Assembly: GCA_044375895.1 (NCBI GenBank)
Contig: JBILLV010000012.1
Location: 2,826-66,825, forward strand
Direction: 5' to 3'
From: Polyangiales bacterium
Lineage (GTDB): Bacteria > Myxococcota_A > Polyangia > Polyangiales > Ga0077539
Length of the DNA: 64,000 nucleotides
The position numbers were made by a program, and so were the translations under genes. The stretch's first letter is position 1. Each line of letters begins with the position of its first letter. Positions 33,181 through 41,805 of this stretch are shown here, one piece after another. A model generated the notes under the pieces. It had not been told where the DNA came from, did no database searches, and saw only the letters and a list, made by a program, of their open reading frames with translations.

Positions 33181-35871
33181 CTACTCCAGCGGGCGGTTGC
33201 GGTAGTCCGCGGTCTGCCCAGAGGCGATGGTGACGTTGTAGGTCGCCGACGCCGCGAGGTCGTTGTTGACGCAGCGGATGGCGTAACGACCCGGCGGGAG
33301 CGTCACGCGCCAAGGGGTGCTGTGCGTCATCCCGTTGACCGAGCACGAAGACGCCGGCGTGGTCGAGAGGAGCAGCGTGCCCGTCCCACCACCACCACCA
33401 CCGGCGGCGGTCGGCGTGGGCGCGGGGGCGGTCGGAATCGTCGGCCGGATCGCGGGTTCGCGCGGCTGGCGGGGCGCGCGAGGCGTCGTGTCACGCTCGC
33501 GCGGGCGTACCGTCGGGGCTGCGGCGACCACCGTGGGCGTCGGCGCCGGCGGCGGCGGGAGCATCTGCTGCGTCGGCGAGGGCTGCACGACGGACGGAGC
33601 GGGCGCCGGGACGAGCGCGGCGACCGAGGGGCTCACGGGCGGCGCCGCGATGGGCTGCTCCACCGGCGGCGGCACGGCGACCGACGGGGCGGGCATCTCG
33701 CGCAGCACGAAGCGGACGGTGTTGTTGCCCACCGCCACGTCCTGCACCTGGGTCACGGTCTCGAAGCCCGACTTGCGGATCTCGATCGTGTGCTGCCGCT
33801 GCGGGTCGAGGTTGGCGACCTCGTAGCGCCCACCGATGCCGGCCACGGGGTGATCGTCGACCGTCACCTCCGCGCCGTCGGTGGTGTTGATGGTGAGCGT
33901 CGCGCCCGGAGGCGGTCCCTTGAGCTGAAGCCCGAGCACCACCAGCGCCGCCACCGCGATGACGCCGAAGAACGCCAGCAACGCCGTCGATTTCGTGTCG
34001 CGCGCAGGCTTCGCCCCCGCCGCCGGAACCGCTGCGGGACTGGCCGGCCAGTCGTGCTTGTGCGCCGGCGGCTTCACCGTCTGCGAAGGCGGCGGACCGA
34101 ATCCGGGCGCGAGGTTGTTGAACGCGTCGGCGCCCCTCTGCCCCGGATTGCCCATCGCGGGCGGAGGCACCGAAGACACCGGCCGCGCGTTGACCACGGG
34201 CGCGGCCACCGGCGGCGCCGAGACGATCGGCATCGCGACCGGCGGCGCCGACACCACCGGCGCGGCCGCGGCGGGTGCGGCTGACACCTGCTGGAGCGAC
34301 GTGGCGGGAGGCGGAGCGACCCCGAGCGCGGTGGGCGAGGGCTGACGACCAGGAAGCGCAGGGAGCGCCGGGATCTGACCGGTGAGCCGCGGGCCGCGGG
34401 TCGGCGCCGGAACCGACGTGGGCGCGGGCGCTGCGGCGGCGCCACGGGCCGTCGGGCGAGGCGCAGCCGCGAGCGCGGCGATCATGTCGGCGGGCTTGTC
34501 CATGATCTGCGTGGCGCTCTCGTCGTCGTTCCAGTCGAGCTCGTCGACGTGGTGCGGCGCGATGGCGGGAGCAGACGCCGCGACGGCGCCGTGGACGGGC
34601 ATCGCGCCCGTGGGCTGGCGCGCGACCGCGACGGCGGCCGACACCGCGGGCGCTCCCTGCTGACGCGGCGGGGGCGCAGGGATCGACGCGGCAGGACGGA
34701 CGTTGTTGCGCGACGGCCCCGCGGGCGCCGCAGCGGGAGGCGCGTTGGGACGGCCCGACACGGACGGCGGCGGCGGCGTACGGTTGTTGGGGAGCGCAGG
34801 CGGCGTCGGCGCGGCGGCGGTCTCGAAGACGTCGGCCTCGGCGGCCTTGCGCGAGTCGAACTTCCGAAACTCGTCGTCGCGCGTCTGCTCCTTGCGAATC
34901 TCCTCGTCGAAGAAGCGCCCCATGTACGTCGCGAGGTCTTTGCGGGCGAAGAAATTGCCCGACGTGTACATGAAGGACTGCAGGTCGTCGTGGAGGTCCA
35001 TCGACGAGCGGTAGCGGTCTTCAGGGTGCTTCGCGAGGGCCTTGAGGACGATGTTCTCGAGCTCCTCGGGGATCTTCTTGTTGTAGAAGGTCGGCGGGGT
35101 GATCTCGACGTTGCGCACCTTCTCCAGGGTGGAGAAATCCGACTCGCCGACGAAGAGGCGCTCGGTGGTGAGGAGCTCGTAGAGGCAGATGCCGACGGCG
35201 AACACGTCGCTGCGCCGGTCGACCTGGAGGCCGCGCACCTGCTCGGGGGACATGTACCCGAACTTGCCCTTGAGGATGCCCGCCTGCGTCTTCGAACTCT
35301 TGCTCGCGGCCTTGGCGATGCCGAAGTCGATGAGCTTCACGTCGCCGTCGTAGGAGACGAGGATGTTCTGGGGGGAGACGTCGCGGTGGACGAGCTCGAG
35401 CGAGCGGCCCGCCGAGTCCTTCTTGTTGTGCGCGTAGTCGAGGCCCTCGCAGAGCTTCATCACCATGAAGCACGCCATCGGGACGGGGATCGCCTCGGAG
35501 CGCTTCTTGGCGCGCTCGAAGATGGCGCGCATGTCCTTGCCGGCGACGTACTCGAGGGCGATGAAGTACGAGTCCCCCACCTTCCCGAGCTCGAAGATCT
35601 GCGCGATGTTGGGGTGCGTGAGCTGCACCGCCAGCTTGGCCTCATCGACGAACATCGCGATGAACTCGTTGTCCTCCGCGATCGACGGGAGGATGCGCTT
35701 GACGGCCACGAGGCGCTCGAAGCCGGCCTCGCCGAAGGCCTTGGCCTTGAAGACCTCGGCCATGCCGCCCACGCTGATGCGTTCGAGGAGGTAATACTTC
35801 CCGAACTTGACGGGGGTCTTCACCGTTCGTCTCTCCTGCGATCGTTTCAAAGGCGCGGCGCCACCCGACAT
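33181..35871 (-). CDS. Ser/Thr protein kinase with Pro-rich linker, TM segment and C-terminal PEGA-like domains
   Basis: GGMAEVFKAK, VAVKRI, HRDVSPQNIL, DFGIAK, GYMSPEQ. TM ALLAFFGVIAVAALVVLGL. PEGA-like TINTTDGAEVTVDD...IEIRKSGFETV. Confidence 0.92.
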   Translation of the reverse strand: MSGGAAPLKRSQERRTVKTPVKFGKYYLLERISVGGMAEVFKAKAFGEAGFERLVAVKRILPSIAEDNEFIAMFVDEAKLAVQLTHPNIAQIFELGKVGDSYFIALEYVAGKDMRAIFERAKKRSEAIPVPMACFMVMKLCEGLDYAHNKKDSAGRSLELVHRDVSPQNILVSYDGDVKLIDFGIAKAASKSSKTQAGILKGKFGYMSPEQVRGLQVDRRSDVFAVGICLYELLTTERLFVGESDFSTLEKVRNVEITPPTFYNKKIPEELENIVLKALAKHPEDRYRSSMDLHDDLQSFMYTSGNFFARKDLATYMGRFFDEEIRKEQTRDDEFRKFDSRKAAEADVFETAAAPTPPALPNNRTPPPPSVSGRPNAPPAAAPAGPSRNNVRPAASIPAPPPRQQGAPAVSAAVAVARQPTGAMPVHGAVAASAPAIAPHHVDELDWNDDESATQIMDKPADMIAALAAAPRPTARGAAAAPAPTSVPAPTRGPRLTGQIPALPALPGRQPSPTALGVAPPPATSLQQVSAAPAAAAPVVSAPPVAMPIVSAPPVAAPVVNARPVSSVPPPAMGNPGQRGADAFNNLAPGFGPPPSQTVKPPAHKHDWPASPAAVPAAGAKPARDTKSTALLAFFGVIAVAALVVLGLQLKGPPPGATLTINTTDGAEVTVDDHPVAGIGGRYEVANLDPQRQHTIEIRKSGFETVTQVQDVAVGNNTVRFVLREMPAPSVAVPPPVEQPIAAPPVSPSVAALVPAPAPSVVQPSPTQQMLPPPPAPTPTVVAAAPTVRPRERDTTPRAPRQPREPAIRPTIPTAPAPTPTAAGGGGGGTGTLLLSTTPASSCSVNGMTHSTPWRVTLPPGRYAIRCVNNDLAASATYNVTIASGQTADYRNRPLE

Positions 35872-35967
35872 CCGGGGGCGCCACGTCGGCTGCGAGTTCG
35901 AGTGTCGCGCGGGGGGTCAACCTTGGGTCGCCCGCCGTCGCGAGCGCCGATCCGCGGCGTCGAAGGC

Positions 35968-35991
35968 CGCGCGAGATGACCCTCTCGCGCG
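35968..35991 (-). terminator. GC hairpin downstream of the 36053 stop (no U-tract)
   Basis: c-GCGCGAGA / tgaccc / TCTCGCGC-g gives a 9-bp stem and 6-nt loop, 60-85 nt past the stop of the 36053..38692 gene. It lacks a T-run, so intrinsic-terminator function is speculative. Confidence 0.25.
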
Positions 35992-36052
35992 CCTCGACAC
36001 AAGGCCGTTTCTACCTGCACGGGTTGTGTTGCGTCAACGACACGCCCAGGTT

Positions 36053-38692
36053 TCAACGCGGCGGCGCGGGCGCGAGGGCCCCGGCGTCGCCCGCAGGGCG
36101 CCCGGAGGTTCCCCACATGGGTGCGGTGACCCGCTGGCCCCCGACGAGGTTGACCTCCACCGTCCCCCCCTCGCCGTGGCGGTAGCGCACCCGTCGATGC
36201 TGCGCGTCGTACCAGACGCTCTGCGGCACCGGCCGCACCTCGGGAAACATCCGTACACCCCCGCGCATCGCCCGCGCCACGAGCGCAAACGTGGGGGGCA
36301 GGTGCGGGTCGATCGCGGCCCCGGCGATGTCTCGGTCGCCCGTCAGCGCGAAGGCGGTCTGACCCGTCAGGGCCATGCGCTCGGGGCGGCAGCCGGCCAG
36401 ATCGAGCGCTCGCGCCACCAGGTCGGGTTGCGCCCGGTCTGCCACGGCGTAGACGAGGAAGCCCTCCGCGTCGATTCCCACCGCGCGGGTGATGGCCATC
36501 CCGGGAATGAGCGGAGCTCCCGCGAGCCCGGTCCCCTCCGTCCCGATCGACCAGCGCGAGGCGCCGTTCCGCTCGATCCAGGCGAGGCGGAGGGAGCTTC
36601 CGTTCGCGGGGGTGGCGCCGACGATGCGGGCCACCGGGGCGCCGACGGCCTCTGGCGGGCCGAGCGTCATCCGCCGGGCGTCGAGACGAACGAGGTTGAC
36701 CCAACGCTCGGGTTGAGACGGGTCGGGGCGCACCCGCGTCCGAGCCATCGGCCACGGGAAGGCGTGCTCCCCGAGGCCTGCGACGTGCCACTCGCCCTCG
36801 TGCGGCTGGGTCGGCGAAACGGGTGGCACCAGCGGAGCCCCCGGGAGCACCGCCCGGAGCATGAGGTAGAAGAAATCCCGCGGGTCGCGCTTGATGTACC
36901 GCGGCAGGGTCTCGTGCATCCCGCGCACCATGCGACGGACGCGGTAGCGGTAGCCGGGCGCCGAGGGGACGTTGCCCTCCACCTCCACCGGGCTGAGCGG
37001 CCGACCGAGCACGGGCGTCGCGCGCTCCGGCGTCACCCGGATGAACTCGAAGCCCGTGTTGGAGCCGTTCATGTCGAGGTGGACGCCGTAGGCGCAGCGG
37101 GTGGCGATCATGCCGTCGGCGAGCGAGCGCGGCGTGAGGTCGTCGCCGTAGAAGAAGGCCACGTGGCCCTCGCGCGTGAGGCAGAGGCCGGTGCGCGTCG
37201 TGTGCTCGTCGCCGGGCGCCGCGGAGGGCACGTTGCCGCCCCAGAACGTGCGACGAAAGGGGTTGAAGACGCCGTCTTCGACGAGGGCCGTGAGGTTCTG
37301 CCGAAACTCGCCCACCTCGGCGGGAATCGCGGCCCCATTGGGCCAGCTCCCGAAGCCCGTCGCGCCGTCTTCGAGCGCGGCGAGCGTCGCCCCCCAGGGC
37401 TTCGGCGGCAGGAAGAGCGTCCCCTCGGCGTAGACGCCCCACTCCCCGTGGAGCGCCTGAAAGCCGCCGTTGAAGCCGGCCGCGACGCGCGTCATCGTGC
37501 GGTGATCGCGCGGGATGGTGCCCGTCCCGGTCTCGCCCGTGGCGCCCATCGGCTCCTGTGAGCCCGGGACGACGTGCATCTCGATCTGCCGCGCGTCCCA
37601 CAGGGTGATGTACACGCGGGTGTCGGGGCGCTCCCGATCGGTGCGGACGAAGGTCTGCAGGAAGGCCGCCGGCGCGCCGACGTTGCGGGCGATGAAGGGA
37701 TCGTCCGCGGGGGCCGACGACCACTGCCCCTCACGCGCGGCCGCGGGCGAGAGCACCGTGCGCAGCGGCGGCGGCGGCCAGTCTTCGACGCGCCCCTCGG
37801 CGTTCACTTCCCCGCCCGCCGGGAGCACGTCGGCGAGGTCTTCGGCCACCTCGGACTGCGTGCGATCGCCCTGAACCCGGTTGCGCGCCTGGGCGACGCG
37901 GTTCTTCATCCCGAAGGCGATGTGCTCGGCCCACGCGATGGGTTCACCGCCGATCCACGGGACCGCGCGCACGGTGTCGACCGCCCAGGTGAGCCAGGTC
38001 GACGAGCCCGCGAGGCGCGGCCGCGATTGCACGTGCTGCTCGCCCGAGACCACCCGACGCTCGCCCATCTCGATGGCGACGTTGCGACCGTCGGCGTTGA
38101 GCACGAGGCGCGTCCCCAGCAGGGTGACGGCGAGGCGGCGCGCGCGGGGCGTGAGGTCGTAGCGCTCGATGCCGTAGCCATCGAAGCGCCCACTCTGCTG
38201 CCAGCGCGTGATGCCTGCCCGGAGGCGCGAGCCGAGATCGCCCCCGCCCGCAGCCTGCGCGTCGGGGGAGCCCACGGTGTCGACGACCGTGATGGCGGCG
38301 AACGTGCGGTCAACGCGCGTGGTGAAGGCCGCCCATCGCCCGCTGACGAGGAGGTTCTCTTCCGCCGCGTCGGGGGAGCGCGTGAGGTTGGAGACGTCTT
38401 CGAGCGACACGATCACGTCGCCCGCCCCCGTGCGCGCCTTCACGGCGTAGAGATCGGTCTGCCCGCCGCGCTCTGCCGCGAGGACGAGCGCACGCCGCGG
38501 ACCCACGCGCGGCGGGTCGAGCCAGCGGACGCCGGAAGGCGCCACGAGGAGCCCGCGTCGGGCCATCGCGTCGGCGAGCGACGGGGCGTGCGGCGCGGCG
38601 AGCGCGAGCGTCGTCCCGGTGAGGGCGCACGCGCCGACGGCCTTCCACACGCGGGAGGAGCTTCGCTTCGGGGTCTTGCGCGTCGAGGCCAT
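36053..38692 (-). CDS. large secreted protein with phosphodiester glycosidase (NAGPA/DUF2233)-like domain
   Basis: ATG at 38692 (MASTRKTPKRSSSRVWKAVGACALTGTTLALA signal). Central AAGFNGGFQALHGEWGVY...GLCLTREGHVAFFY...AYGVHLDMNGS resembles the NAGPA family. The 95-codon upstream extension of the track ORF is R/P-rich. Confidence 0.65.
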   Translation of the reverse strand: MASTRKTPKRSSSRVWKAVGACALTGTTLALAAPHAPSLADAMARRGLLVAPSGVRWLDPPRVGPRRALVLAAERGGQTDLYAVKARTGAGDVIVSLEDVSNLTRSPDAAEENLLVSGRWAAFTTRVDRTFAAITVVDTVGSPDAQAAGGGDLGSRLRAGITRWQQSGRFDGYGIERYDLTPRARRLAVTLLGTRLVLNADGRNVAIEMGERRVVSGEQHVQSRPRLAGSSTWLTWAVDTVRAVPWIGGEPIAWAEHIAFGMKNRVAQARNRVQGDRTQSEVAEDLADVLPAGGEVNAEGRVEDWPPPPLRTVLSPAAAREGQWSSAPADDPFIARNVGAPAAFLQTFVRTDRERPDTRVYITLWDARQIEMHVVPGSQEPMGATGETGTGTIPRDHRTMTRVAAGFNGGFQALHGEWGVYAEGTLFLPPKPWGATLAALEDGATGFGSWPNGAAIPAEVGEFRQNLTALVEDGVFNPFRRTFWGGNVPSAAPGDEHTTRTGLCLTREGHVAFFYGDDLTPRSLADGMIATRCAYGVHLDMNGSNTGFEFIRVTPERATPVLGRPLSPVEVEGNVPSAPGYRYRVRRMVRGMHETLPRYIKRDPRDFFYLMLRAVLPGAPLVPPVSPTQPHEGEWHVAGLGEHAFPWPMARTRVRPDPSQPERWVNLVRLDARRMTLGPPEAVGAPVARIVGATPANGSSLRLAWIERNGASRWSIGTEGTGLAGAPLIPGMAITRAVGIDAEGFLVYAVADRAQPDLVARALDLAGCRPERMALTGQTAFALTGDRDIAGAAIDPHLPPTFALVARAMRGGVRMFPEVRPVPQSVWYDAQHRRVRYRHGEGGTVEVNLVGGQRVTAPMWGTSGRPAGDAGALAPAPPR

Positions 38693-38747
38693 CGCGGGAC
38701 GTTGGTACAGCACTCCCGCGGAGGTGACAAAACTTTCTGCCGAGCTG

Positions 38748-39812
38748 TTACCGCCGGCGACCGCGCCGACGCCCGAGGGCCACGGCGGCGAGCGCGATCC
38801 ACAGGCCCGCGCAGGCGCTTCGCGGAGGCGTCGCCGCGCGGCAAGTGCATCCGCCCTGCAGCGTGGGGTCGAGGGCGGGGTCGGCGTCGTCCGCAGCACC
38901 ATCCGGCGCTCCGTCGTCGCGAGCCGACACGTCGGCGATGGCCACATCGTCGGAGGCATCGTCGGGCAGCGCCGCATCCGTCGCCTCTTCCATCACATCC
39001 GCGACGTCTTCGAGCACGTCGGGCGGAGGCGGAGGGGGTGGCGGAGGCGGAGGGGGCGGCGGAGGGGGCGGCGGGGGCGGCGGCGGCGGCGGAGGCGGCG
39101 GCGGAGGCGTGCTGCACCCGTCCGAGCGGAAACCACCCGCGGGGGAGCGCGCGATGCGGGTGTCGGTCTGCGGGCCGTAGAGGCCGTCTTCGGTGATGCG
39201 GTCGGCGGCGTTGTTGGCGTTCCAGAGGCGTTGGAAGGCGCGGATGGAGTCCGCCCGTCGATCGCCGCCGGGGCAGTCGAAGTGGACGTCGTCGCGGCCC
39301 GGGTACGGGTGGGCGCAGCCCGCATTGGTCATCGCTCGCTGGGCGGCCGACCAGTTGGCGAGGTCGACCGCGATGCCGGTCTCATGGTTCGACTGCCCGG
39401 GCTGCGCGGCGAGGCCGCAGGCCCCGGAGTGGTAGAGCACGTACTGGTCGGCCAGCGTGCGAAACATCGAGTTGATCTGGAGCGAGGTCGTCCGCGCGGC
39501 CGTCCAGAGCGCGTCGCGGGCGCGCGCGGCCATCAGCGCATGGACGCGCGACGAGGTGAGCGTCACCCCCGCGTGCGGCGCCGCGCTCACGAACACGCCC
39601 GGGAACATGCAGAGCTGCGTCCGAACGAGCTGCGCCGACAGCGTCTGCACGCCTTCGGTGCTGCACTGACGACGCGCGGCGACCTGCGCCACCGTCTGCG
39701 CGCGCGCCGCGGGGGACGCGAGCGCCACGGCGAGAGACGTCATGATCCAGGCGGGTCGCACGCTTCGCTCCTCGACCGCGGAGCGTAGGGCGACGCGCGG
39801 TCTGCTGTCCAC
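38748..39812 (-). CDS. VanY/M15-type D-Ala-D-Ala carboxypeptidase + PG-binding domain + poly-Pro/acidic linker + MYXO-CTERM tag
   Basis: SNHETGIAVDL (S.H..G.A.D) and DDVHFD (LAS zinc ligands). PG_binding_1-like IRAFQRLWNANNAADRITEDGLYGPQT. 29 consecutive Pro. C-terminal GGCTCRAA...LWIALAAVALGRRRGRRR. Start is ambiguous (39812 ATG, 39761 GTG or 39743 ATG). Confidence 0.8.
   Translation of the reverse strand: MDSRPRVALRSAVEERSVRPAWIMTSLAVALASPAARAQTVAQVAARRQCSTEGVQTLSAQLVRTQLCMFPGVFVSAAPHAGVTLTSSRVHALMAARARDALWTAARTTSLQINSMFRTLADQYVLYHSGACGLAAQPGQSNHETGIAVDLANWSAAQRAMTNAGCAHPYPGRDDVHFDCPGGDRRADSIRAFQRLWNANNAADRITEDGLYGPQTDTRIARSPAGGFRSDGCSTPPPPPPPPPPPPPPPPPPPPPPPPPPPPPDVLEDVADVMEEATDAALPDDASDDVAIADVSARDDGAPDGAADDADPALDPTLQGGCTCRAATPPRSACAGLWIALAAVALGRRRGRRR
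39021..39107 (-). repeat. (CCN)29 homopolymeric proline-coding tract
   Basis: Counted triplet by triplet on the plus strand as 29 consecutive NGG codons between gtc (Asp) and cgt (Thr). It also creates a poly-Gly shadow ORF on the plus strand. Confidence 0.9.
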
Positions 39813-39833
39813 GCGGAAGGCGTTCGACGAGGC

Positions 39834-41768
39834 TCAGGAGGCGGTCAGCGCGATCGGGGCGGCGGAGGCTATGGTCGGCCGCTCCCCGACGACCCGCGCG
39901 AGGAGCGCGATGAGCTCGTCGCGGCGCACCGGCTTCGCGAGGAAGTCGGTCATCCCAGCCTCGGTGCATCGGGCGCGATCTTCGGCGAACACGTTGGCCG
40001 TCAGCGCGACCACGGGGGTGGCCTGTTGCGAGGGCATCGCGCGGATCGCACGGGTGGCCGCGATGCCGTCAATCTCGGGCATCTGCACGTCCATGAGGAC
40101 GACGTCGTAGGGGGCTCGCTCCACCGCGGCGATGGCCTCGGCGCCGTTGGCCACGGTGTCGACCCGGTGCCCGAGGCGCTGCAACATCAGGGCGATCACC
40201 TTCTGGTTGACGGCGTTGTCTTCGGCGACCAGCACGCGCAGCGCAGGCCCCGTGGGAAAGAGGCTTGTCGGACCCGGCGGCGGCGTCTCTTCGCGGTTGC
40301 GCACGAGCCTCACGGGGACGCGGAGCGTAAAGGTGGAGCCCACGCCCGGCTCGCTCTCGACCGCCAAATTGCCCCCGAGGAGCGACGCGAGGCGGTGGGA
40401 GATCGCGAGGCCGAGGCCGGTGCCGCCGAAGCGCCGCGTGGTGCTCGCGTCCGCCTGGGTGAAGGGACGGAAGAGCTGACGCTGCACCTCGGCGCTCATC
40501 CCGATGCCGGTGTCGCGCACCGACACGATGATCCAGGGGCGGCCTTTGCGCTCGAAGGAGAGGGTCACGCCGACCTCACCACCCTCCGTGAACTTCAGCG
40601 CGTTGGAGACGAGGTTGAGCAGCACCTGCCGGACGCGACCGGGGTCGGAGCAGACGGCCTTGGGGACGTTGTCGCCGACGGTCAGCGTGAGCGTGTTGCG
40701 CCGCGCCGCGGCCTGACCGTGCATCAGGTCGATCACCGCGCGCGCGTCGGAGACGGGGTTGAAGGCGAGGGACTCGAGCTCGACGCGACCGGCCTCGATC
40801 TTCGAGTAGTCGAGGGCGTCGTTGAGGATGGTGAGGAGCGCGTCGCCGGACGTTCGGATGGTGTCGGCGAAGGCGCGCTGCTCGTCCGTGAGCTCGCTGT
40901 CGAGGAGGAGCGTGGTCATGCCGATGACGGCGTTCATCGGCGTTCGAACCTCGTGGGACATGATCGCGAGAAACTCGCTGCGCGCGCGCCCGCCGGCCTC
41001 GGCCGCGTCGCGCGAGGCGATGAGCTCCTGGTTGAGGCGCTCCAGGTCGGCCTGGGCATCCAACAGCGAACGGTTGCGCGCCTCCAGGTCGACGCGGGCC
41101 GACTCGAGCGCCGCGTTGCGCGCCTCGGACTCCGCCACCGAGCGCGCGAGGTCGTTCTCGTAGGCGCCCGCGATCCCCAGGGTCGAGACGAGCACCCCCA
41201 GCCCGCTGGCCAAGGTCGAGACCGGATGGGCGACATGGGTGACCGGAAACGGCGCCGGCATCGCGAGGCGCTGCATCCCCCACACCAGGATCAACGTGAC
41301 CGCGCTGTTCACCAGCCAGCGCACCCCCACCTTCGCCCCTCCCACAGAGAGGGCCATGACGGGCACCATCGGCGCCCAGGCCCACACCGCGAGGATCTGA
41401 TCGCCCGCGCTCCATGCGCTCAGTCCGACCGCGCCGAGCATGACACTGAGGGTCAGCTCGCGCGCGACGTTGGCTCGCCCCGCGCGGGTGAGGCGCAGGG
41501 CGTTGGCCGCCACCGCGAGCATCGCGCCGCCGACCGCCGCGCCGCGCCACTGCCGCGCGAGCAACAGCGCCACCGTGATGGGGGTGACCACCTCCAGCAT
41601 CCCGACGGCGCTCCGCACGAAGATCCGAGCGCGGCGGGTGTCGTGGTCGACGGCTCCGATGGTGGTCGCGGGCATCCACCGCTCGACGCGCGGTGAGTCG
41701 GCCAGGGATGGGGGGAAGAGCCAGCGGTGGAGCAGGTCGATGATCACGTCGGGTCCACCGCGAATCAA
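39834..41768 (-). CDS. hybrid sensor histidine kinase / response regulator
   Basis: Multi-TM N-terminus, coiled coil, H-box FLAIMSHEVRTPMN, N/G boxes LLNLVSNALKF, DTGIGM, GGTGLGLAI. Receiver domain VLVAEDNAVNQ...VLMDVQMPEIDG...TANV...KP. Confidence 0.92.
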   Translation of the reverse strand: MIRGGPDVIIDLLHRWLFPPSLADSPRVERWMPATTIGAVDHDTRRARIFVRSAVGMLEVVTPITVALLLARQWRGAAVGGAMLAVAANALRLTRAGRANVARELTLSVMLGAVGLSAWSAGDQILAVWAWAPMVPVMALSVGGAKVGVRWLVNSAVTLILVWGMQRLAMPAPFPVTHVAHPVSTLASGLGVLVSTLGIAGAYENDLARSVAESEARNAALESARVDLEARNRSLLDAQADLERLNQELIASRDAAEAGGRARSEFLAIMSHEVRTPMNAVIGMTTLLLDSELTDEQRAFADTIRTSGDALLTILNDALDYSKIEAGRVELESLAFNPVSDARAVIDLMHGQAAARRNTLTLTVGDNVPKAVCSDPGRVRQVLLNLVSNALKFTEGGEVGVTLSFERKGRPWIIVSVRDTGIGMSAEVQRQLFRPFTQADASTTRRFGGTGLGLAISHRLASLLGGNLAVESEPGVGSTFTLRVPVRLVRNREETPPPGPTSLFPTGPALRVLVAEDNAVNQKVIALMLQRLGHRVDTVANGAEAIAAVERAPYDVVLMDVQMPEIDGIAATRAIRAMPSQQATPVVALTANVFAEDRARCTEAGMTDFLAKPVRRDELIALLARVVGERPTIASAAPIALTAS

Positions 41769-41805
41769 CGGCGGTGACGGCGCGACCCATGAGCCCGTCG
41801 GGGCT

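Noticed and set aside
38693-38977. The N-terminal 95-codon extension of ORF 36053..38977.
   Set aside because: The extension is R/P/T-rich and overlaps the 3' end of the VanY gene. ATG 38692 is followed by a proper signal peptide.
38845-39180. A plus-strand ORF containing a poly-glycine run.
   Set aside because: It is the mirror image of the (CCN)29 proline tract in the minus-strand VanY-type gene.
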